Source: an uncultured virus (IMG/VR IMGVR_UViG_3300031772_000017) (Duplodnaviria; Heunggongvirae; Uroviricota; Caudoviricetes). From it: DNA of 20,000 nucleotides. Positions within the stretch are counted from its first letter, which is position 1. Each line of letters opens with the position of its first letter. Shown one piece after another: positions 14,986 to 20,000 of this stretch. Under the pieces are notes generated by a model. That model was given only the letters and a program-made list of their open reading frames with translations, had not been told where the DNA came from and did not search any database. The position numbers and the translations under genes are program-made. Where the stretch lies: the IMG/VR virus record IMGVR_UViG_3300031772_000017; one strand, 5' to 3'.

Positions 14986-16167
14986 TTATTTCATTCCCTG
15001 TTTAAGAGAAGCTACAACAGACGCGACACCTGCATCAAGAATTGGAGTCTTTTCTTCTACAATTTCAGAAGCTTCTCTCAATAATTTTGCATTCACGTCA
15101 GTTTTCTTCCCCGTGTTGATTGGGAAGTAGTTCTCTCGGATTGTAGACACTGCGCTGATATAATCACCTTCTGCGGTGAATTCGACACTCTCTGCGATGT
15201 GGCGAATCTTCTCAACTTGGGTTTGTGTCAATCCTTCACAAACGTTGTTGAGGATTTCTTCTTTCTTGGATTCTCCGAGTTGCTGTTTAAGAGCCATGCC
15301 TTTAGCGACTTCTTCATTCAACTGGCTGGTTAATTCTTCAATCTTTGTGGCGAGTTCATCAACGAGGTCGACCTTTTCAGTAGGTACGTCGATGAAGCTT
15401 TCGAGGAACAAGTTACGCAATCCACCGATAAATTCTTCGGTCAATTCGGAACGAAGTCCCTTTTCGATGGCGAGTTCGTTCTGATCCATCCACTGCTCAA
15501 CCACATAATCAAGGTACGTATTGACTTTTTCAGACAATTCTTCACGGACTGCTATGACAGCGTTCTCAAACTTAACAGAGTATTCTTCTTCGATGGCTTC
15601 TTGAATGGTAAGAACCTTATCTGTTACGCGAGCTTCGTAGATCGTACCGATCTTGGAGGCAAATTCCTTTGGAAGGGAAGTTTCAGATGCTAAGATTGCG
15701 GCAACATCCCCCCTGAGTTCTGCAAGCCACGCTTCCTTAAGTTCCTTCTTTTCCTCCTCGTCGTCCTTGTCATCATCGTCATCATCCTTGTCGTCATCGT
15801 CCTTGTCGTCATCATCGTCGTCCTTGTCCTCTTCCTTGAGGTATCCTGAACGGAGTCCTGCTTCAATGCGGGCCTGACGTGCAGATTCTTCTTCGTTCTC
15901 TTCCGATCCCTCTTCTGTAGGATCGATAGTTTCGGCATCTGATCCTGATAACTTCTTTGCTGGTGCCTTGGTATCGGAAGAAGGCAGCTTTCCAGGAGGT
16001 GTTGCTGCCCTAGCACCCACTTCGATCTTATCTGGTGTTGCTTTATGGGGTGTGACTCCTCCCAAATCCTCGAAACCCTGAGGAGATTTTACCATCGGCA
16101 TTCCGGGTGCACTAGACTTGCTGGCATTGAGAATATCGGCTGCGGCTTCCATCAGTGTCTTGCTCAT
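14986..16167 (-). CDS. gp22: T4-like gp22 prohead core scaffold protein
   Basis: Acidic coiled coil with YLDYVVEQWM..NELAIE.GLRSELTEEFI.GL..LF.E..IDVP.EK.D. Lies between gp21 and gp23. Confidence 0.93.
   Translation of the reverse strand: MSKTLMEAAADILNASKSSAPGMPMVKSPQGFEDLGGVTPHKATPDKIEVGARAATPPGKLPSSDTKAPAKKLSGSDAETIDPTEEGSEENEEESARQARIEAGLRSGYLKEEDKDDDDDDKDDDDKDDDDDDKDDEEEKKELKEAWLAELRGDVAAILASETSLPKEFASKIGTIYEARVTDKVLTIQEAIEEEYSVKFENAVIAVREELSEKVNTYLDYVVEQWMDQNELAIEKGLRSELTEEFIGGLRNLFLESFIDVPTEKVDLVDELATKIEELTSQLNEEVAKGMALKQQLGESKKEEILNNVCEGLTQTQVEKIRHIAESVEFTAEGDYISAVSTIRENYFPINTGKKTDVNAKLLREASEIVEEKTPILDAGVASVVASLKQGMK
15757..15835 (-). repeat. Low-complexity GAC/GAT/AAG repeat encoding a poly-Asp/Lys tract in gp22
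   Basis: Translation EEDKDDDDDDKDDDDKDDDDDDKDDEEE. Confidence 0.85.
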
Positions 16168-16190
16168 AAAAGTCTCCTTGTTGTGATGAT

Positions 16191-16198
16191 TATTTATA
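16191..16198 (-). promoter_or_regulatory. T4-type late promoter (gp55-dependent) upstream of gp22-gp23
   Basis: Exact TATAAATA on the minus strand in the gp21-gp22 intergenic gap, about 24 nt upstream of the gp22 ATG and its AAGGAG RBS. Confidence 0.85.
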
Positions 16199-16215
16199 CT
16201 TTTCGAGATTTGTAA

Positions 16216-16896
16216 CTATCTAGGCTTTCCAGTAAGAGCTTTCAAATAGTCCTCAAACAATCTTACGCACGTCTCATGTAGTTGCCTGCTAGATGTTTTA
16301 TTTATAATCATTTTTGCTTGCTCGGCATCTCTGCCCACATACACCCCATCCATCAGAATCCAGTCCTTATTTTCCATGATCCCCCTGACAAAGGCATCAT
16401 GAGCGGAGGGGTCTGCAACGATATCCCCTGCTGTGGACAACTGAAAATCGTCCTGAACTAGATCGACTCCATCAGCACCACGTACAAGGGTTCCCAATCC
16501 ACGGGTTGAGACTCCTATTTTTGCTCCTTCTGTCAATAGACATTCCACGATCTTGCCGTTCGGAGTCCCCATTGGACCACCCAAGATTTTTGCTTTACCG
16601 TAGAAATCTTTTCCCTCAGCCCTCAGTTCCTTAATCATGTGACTGACGAGAGGAAGATTAACCGTAGGTGTATCAGGGTGTCCAAGTTCACCGAAGGCTC
16701 GGTTTTCATTGATATAATTTTTCTTATATCGCTCCACTTCTCTGTTTAGAGACTCAAACGCATACTTGCGTCGGTTCTTGTTTGTCTTATCGGCCTGCAT
16801 GAAGATTCCTTCAATATAGAAGGACTTTCTACCCGATTCTTTATCAGATTCCTCAAGCACTTGTACGTTATCGCACCACTCCTTTATGAGTTTCAC
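16216..16896 (-). CDS. gp21: T4-like gp21 prohead protease
   Basis: MKLIKE, YIEGIFMQA, N.NRRKY, GELGHP (His), VSH.I, GVSTRGLG (Ser), DIVADPSA. Confidence 0.96.
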   Translation of the reverse strand: MKLIKEWCDNVQVLEESDKESGRKSFYIEGIFMQADKTNKNRRKYAFESLNREVERYKKNYINENRAFGELGHPDTPTVNLPLVSHMIKELRAEGKDFYGKAKILGGPMGTPNGKIVECLLTEGAKIGVSTRGLGTLVRGADGVDLVQDDFQLSTAGDIVADPSAHDAFVRGIMENKDWILMDGVYVGRDAEQAKMIINKTSSRQLHETCVRLFEDYLKALTGKPR

Positions 16897-16915
16897 TTTT
16901 ATCTCTCCTTTTGGC

Positions 16916-17131
16916 TTATAGCCCGTGTTCTACGCCCATACCGAGTCGCTTGCATTCATCATACGCTGCTTTTACTTTCCCTTCATGCTGACGCTGACCA
17001 TGAGAATTTACGAACACACTTCCCAGGTATCTATCCTGTTGTTGTTCCGCAAATTTATACGCATCCCACGCTTTCTTCTGAGCGGGTGTCTTTCGGATTC
17101 CCTCTGCAATAAATTCCTTAAATGACTTCAT
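16916..17131 (-). CDS. Small internal head protein with a T4-type capsid targeting sequence
   Basis: N-terminus MKSFKEFIAE closely matches the T4 IPII/IPIII CTS MKTYQEFIAE, which ends in a gp21 cleavage site. Located next to gp21. Confidence 0.75.
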   Translation of the reverse strand: MKSFKEFIAEGIRKTPAQKKAWDAYKFAEQQQDRYLGSVFVNSHGQRQHEGKVKAAYDECKRLGMGVEHGL

Positions 17132-17530
17132 TTAGATACTCTGGGTCTGTACGTTATAGACCGCTTCCTTCTTGATCGTCAGATAAACGGTTCCACCTCC
17201 AGTAATAGCGACTGCGATATTTCCTGTTGGTGTATTGGCAAACGGTACTTCGTTGTGAATCCATTGATTCGTGCCCGAAAGATTCGCTACGAGATTCGGA
17301 CCCGTCGCAACACCCCCTGCATCGCGGCTGATCTTCACAGTGCCACCGACTGGTGTGGACCACTTACAAGACGTGATGATGGCGGTTGTGACATTTTCAA
17401 CATTTCCCTTGATAACTCCGCTGATATTTGCGACTGCTACAGCAAGATCGCCCAGATTGATTGTTACTGAGCCATCAACAACCATCAGTGTGGAAGGACC
17501 CTTAATTCTATTAACTAATTCGTATGACAT
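17132..17530 (-). CDS. Hypothetical beta-rich virion-region protein
   Basis: 132 aa, rich in Gly/Val/Thr/Ile. AAGGAG RBS. Lies within the head operon between gp68-like and gp21. Confidence 0.7.
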   Translation of the reverse strand: MSYELVNRIKGPSTLMVVDGSVTINLGDLAVAVANISGVIKGNVENVTTAIITSCKWSTPVGGTVKISRDAGGVATGPNLVANLSGTNQWIHNEVPFANTPTGNIAVAITGGGTVYLTIKKEAVYNVQTQSI

Positions 17531-17539
17531 ATTCTCTCC

Positions 17540-17935
17540 TTAATGTATCCCGTAAGCTTTTCTCTTCCGCATTGAGAGTTTTCGCTTTCTCAATGTTTGC
17601 TGCATATGTGAGCGGCGTTTTCTTGCTGCTCTCCTTTGCACGATCCTCATATGAATGCGCTTAGCTGCGGGAATTCGTGTGATCTTTCCGTGTCGCAATG
17701 TGAATCCCTTCACTGCGGATTTGCGAATCATGCGCTGAACTTTTCCCTTGCGAATACGGCGTCTAATCAGAATTGTGCGCCCTTGTTTCATTCGATTCGC
17801 TTCCGTAAACATCGACTCGGTAATCACTTTTCTGAGCACCGCGAGCTTCTTCTCCACGATCTGATTGAGGAACTTCTGAATCATGGCACCAGCATCAATG
17901 AAACGGCCCTCGGCAATGAGTGTCACGGCGTTCAT
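17540..17935 (-). CDS. gp68-like prohead core protein with a gp67-like N-terminal helix
   Basis: Very basic C-terminus (RRAARKRR...LRKRKLSMRKRKAYGI) resembles the T4 gp68 end (RKRKKALKRRKALGL). Position upstream of gp21. Confidence 0.75.
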   Translation of the reverse strand: MNAVTLIAEGRFIDAGAMIQKFLNQIVEKKLAVLRKVITESMFTEANRMKQGRTILIRRRIRKGKVQRMIRKSAVKGFTLRHGKITRIPAAKRIHMRIVQRRAARKRRSHMQQTLRKRKLSMRKRKAYGIH

Positions 17936-19176
17936 TACTTAACCTGGCGCCAAGTAAAATCAAGCATACGATTGAATTTTCCTTTTGAGTGTTCCAGGGC
18001 ATCCGCAAACTTCTTGCGATTATCAGGGTGCAAGGCTCCATGCACAGTGAGTAAGGCATTGGCGGTTGTGGGGTCTACCCTCGTCTGAGACCCGTCTTTG
18101 TGATACAAAGGCTTATTCGTAGCGAATGCTTTCACTTTCTGTAAATGACTGATGACATCTTCTTGAATCACGTCTTCTTTGACCGTCTCTACCTTAACCT
18201 CACGCTCATACTTCTTAGATCGTAGGCGCATCGTGGTGAGTGCCTTTTTGAAATGGGGGAGCGCCGTCGAATAATCACCTTTGTTCATGGCATCGAGGCC
18301 TCGTTGCTGCCTGGCATGATAGGCGCGAGAGGCCACAGGGATCGAAATTTCGTTGACGACTTCTTCTTTGTGAAAATGTGATTCAAATGGTGTCGGGTGC
18401 GAATCGGTATATTTCTTAGCCGCGACATCTGGTTTGTGTCCTTGCTTATGAAGAGAGTGGGCTGTATCCCAATCTATTTTCCCAGTGTGTGCAGCATTCG
18501 TATCAAGGACATGATCTTCAAAATCCCCAGCCCACTGTTCGTATTTTCTTTGTGCACCATAATAGGCTTTTACCTGTGATGGGTGACTCAGATCCCTCAT
18601 TTCCAACACTGTTTCTTCGTTCAACTCTTTGCGTGTATACCCTGTGCGTTCATTGTGGACTACGGCAGCATGGGGCACCTTATAGTGAAACCCACCGCGG
18701 TTCACAACTAGGTGTTCGGGCATCACTTGCTTGACTGTTCCGACTCGAAGATGTCCTTCAGTACCCAGTCGATAGCGCACGGTGTCTCCAGGTTGATGCT
18801 CCTCGTTTATGTTGACGTTGACTGGGCTCACAACACTTTCCACCCCACTCCCATAAGGAATCGAGAAGTACTGGTTCAGCTTGTCATTGAAGTATAAAGC
18901 AACCATCGTGTTGTTTGGGAATTGTCGTACGGTCTTACGTCTGAGAATCAGAATGTTCGGGGGCATTGTGGTGTGTGCAACACTTACATTCTCATCGATC
19001 AATTCAGCGCGAAGTTCAGTGAATTCTTTCAAGGGTCGTCGTTCCTTCTTGTCCATTCTCGCATCGTCGAGGTCTGTCTTGACCTTCGAGGAACGTCGGT
19101 AACTGTCAAGACTTCTTGCAGCTTTGAGAGAACGCTTATTGACCGCTTCGTGGGAAAACTCTTCAGGATACTTCAT
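17935..19176 (-). CDS. Modular head-associated hypothetical protein (413 aa)
   Basis: Long ORF with 1-nt TAATG overlaps at both ends inside the head operon. Several short modules are separated by acidic (L/I/V)xE linkers. Confidence 0.75.
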   Translation of the reverse strand: MKYPEEFSHEAVNKRSLKAARSLDSYRRSSKVKTDLDDARMDKKERRPLKEFTELRAELIDENVSVAHTTMPPNILILRRKTVRQFPNNTMVALYFNDKLNQYFSIPYGSGVESVVSPVNVNINEEHQPGDTVRYRLGTEGHLRVGTVKQVMPEHLVVNRGGFHYKVPHAAVVHNERTGYTRKELNEETVLEMRDLSHPSQVKAYYGAQRKYEQWAGDFEDHVLDTNAAHTGKIDWDTAHSLHKQGHKPDVAAKKYTDSHPTPFESHFHKEEVVNEISIPVASRAYHARQQRGLDAMNKGDYSTALPHFKKALTTMRLRSKKYEREVKVETVKEDVIQEDVISHLQKVKAFATNKPLYHKDGSQTRVDPTTANALLTVHGALHPDNRKKFADALEHSKGKFNRMLDFTWRQVK

Positions 19177-20000
19177 TACACTCCGGGTTCGCCTGCATTC
19201 GCGGCTGCAAAGAAACGCTTGTGATCGAAACGAGGATTCTGTGCCTTGAAAATTCCTGCATGATGAGTTGCGAGTTCCTTGCGCTTTGCAGCACTAGGAT
19301 GGGCCTTAATCACGTCTGCGACTTGTTGAAAATCTTTACGGGTGGACATTTCATCCAACTGTTCAGATTCTTCCAACTTAGAGGCGGCCCTAGAAATACC
19401 TGATGAACGTGTCTTTTCTTTTCGATTATGAGTTATCATCGCTTGTGAGGTATTGTCTCTCAATTGAGAGGTCCTATACATCGGCTTTCCGGTGTAATAT
19501 CCAGACATTCCCGCATGGTGTGCTAAATCGGGGACCGCGTTACCAATATATCTCTTCAGTGTTCTCTTGCTGAGTTCGTCGATCTGCTCAGTCTCTTCTG
19601 AGAGATTATCAGCAGTAGGGGCGAACAATGTTTGAGCGATTTCCTGCTTGTAGCCCTGCATTGCATCCAACACGCGAGCACCCATGAGATCATTGAAAAT
19701 TGGGGTTGCTTCACCTGGCTGCTGATTGGCGATAAGTGTGATGAAATCACAGATTGGCGCGAATTGCTCGTGCATATTATTCTCCTTCTTTTCTTTGGAT
19801 GCTTTGTTGAGTTGTTTTTTTACTATTTTTGAACGAATTTTCGAGGCGAGTGCTCTGGACTGTTGGAGGGTGCGTTCTTCTTTCATCAGTTCTTCTTTCA
19901 TCAGTCTATTGGTTGCGTGTTTGATACCCGTGATTCTCTTGGAGACTTTGGACTTATCTTGTGCGGCCATCGCTCGGTTATCGACACCCCTCTTCGCTCC
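19176..20000 (-). CDS. Modular prohead-core protein containing a gp67-like segment; probably 5'-truncated by the window edge
   Basis: The frame stays open from 19970 to the edge (GAKRGVDNRA-M). An in-frame internal ATG at 19775 with AAGGAG RBS begins a gp67-like segment (DFITLIANQQPGEATPIFNDLMGARVLDAMQGYKQEIAQTLF). Confidence 0.7.
   Translation of the reverse strand, partial: GAKRGVDNRAMAAQDKSKVSKRITGIKHATNRLMKEELMKEERTLQQSRALASKIRSKIVKKQLNKASKEKKENNMHEQFAPICDFITLIANQQPGEATPIFNDLMGARVLDAMQGYKQEIAQTLFAPTADNLSEETEQIDELSKRTLKRYIGNAVPDLAHHAGMSGYYTGKPMYRTSQLRDNTSQAMITHNRKEKTRSSGISRAASKLEESEQLDEMSTRKDFQQVADVIKAHPSAAKRKELATHHAGIFKAQNPRFDHKRFFAAANAGEPGV
19874..19905. repeat. 15-bp tandem duplication (LMKEE x2)
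   Basis: GTTCTTCTTTCATCA repeated twice, plus GT. In frame. Confidence 0.9.

Noticed and set aside
15757..15835. DDDDK (FLAG/enterokinase-like) repeats suggesting an engineered tag
   Set aside because: No DYK, and the tract sits in a natural acidic region typical of T4-like gp22 scaffolds.
83..19750. The many plus-strand and nested alternative-frame ORFs in the track (e.g. 83-448, 7037-7399, 10504-11049, 15690-16016, 17636-18088)
   Set aside because: All overlap well-supported minus-strand genes and show no recognisable motifs. They are shadow ORFs.
1..20000. Stop-codon reassignment, introns/inteins, tRNA genes
   Set aside because: Core genes are full-length in the standard code and use TAA, TAG and TGA as stops. 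Their lengths leave no room for inteins or introns. Intergenic gaps are short and show no cloverleaf.

Overview
Segment of a T4-like (Tevenvirinae/Kyanoviridae-like) myophage genome with all credible genes on the minus strand. Read right to left: an expanded prohead-core region (gp67-like and gp68-like proteins, two large modular proteins punctuated by likely gp21 cleavage sites, and a small internal protein with a T4-type capsid targeting sequence), then gp21 protease, gp22 scaffold, gp23 major capsid and a terminator. Next come a signal-peptide 'moron'-like gene, gp3, uvsY, uvsW, a hypothetical, gp55 late sigma factor, gp47, an inserted N4/N6 DNA methyltransferase, gp46 and a peptide deformylase. 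The left 5 kb is an accessory region: a GNAT-like/AspH-type 2OG-Fe(II) oxygenase fusion, a SLOG (DUF2493-like) protein, micro-ORFs, a vWA gene flanked by perfect 28-bp direct repeats, a fold-type-II PLP enzyme, a divergent GIY-YIG-like protein and a 3'-truncated methyltransferase-like ORF missing from the ORF track. The two most interesting candidates are a possible DNA base hypermodification pathway (1-5122) and a possible protease-processed polyprotein cargo system in the head region (16916-20000). All family assignments come from motif recognition and synteny by eye, with no database search.
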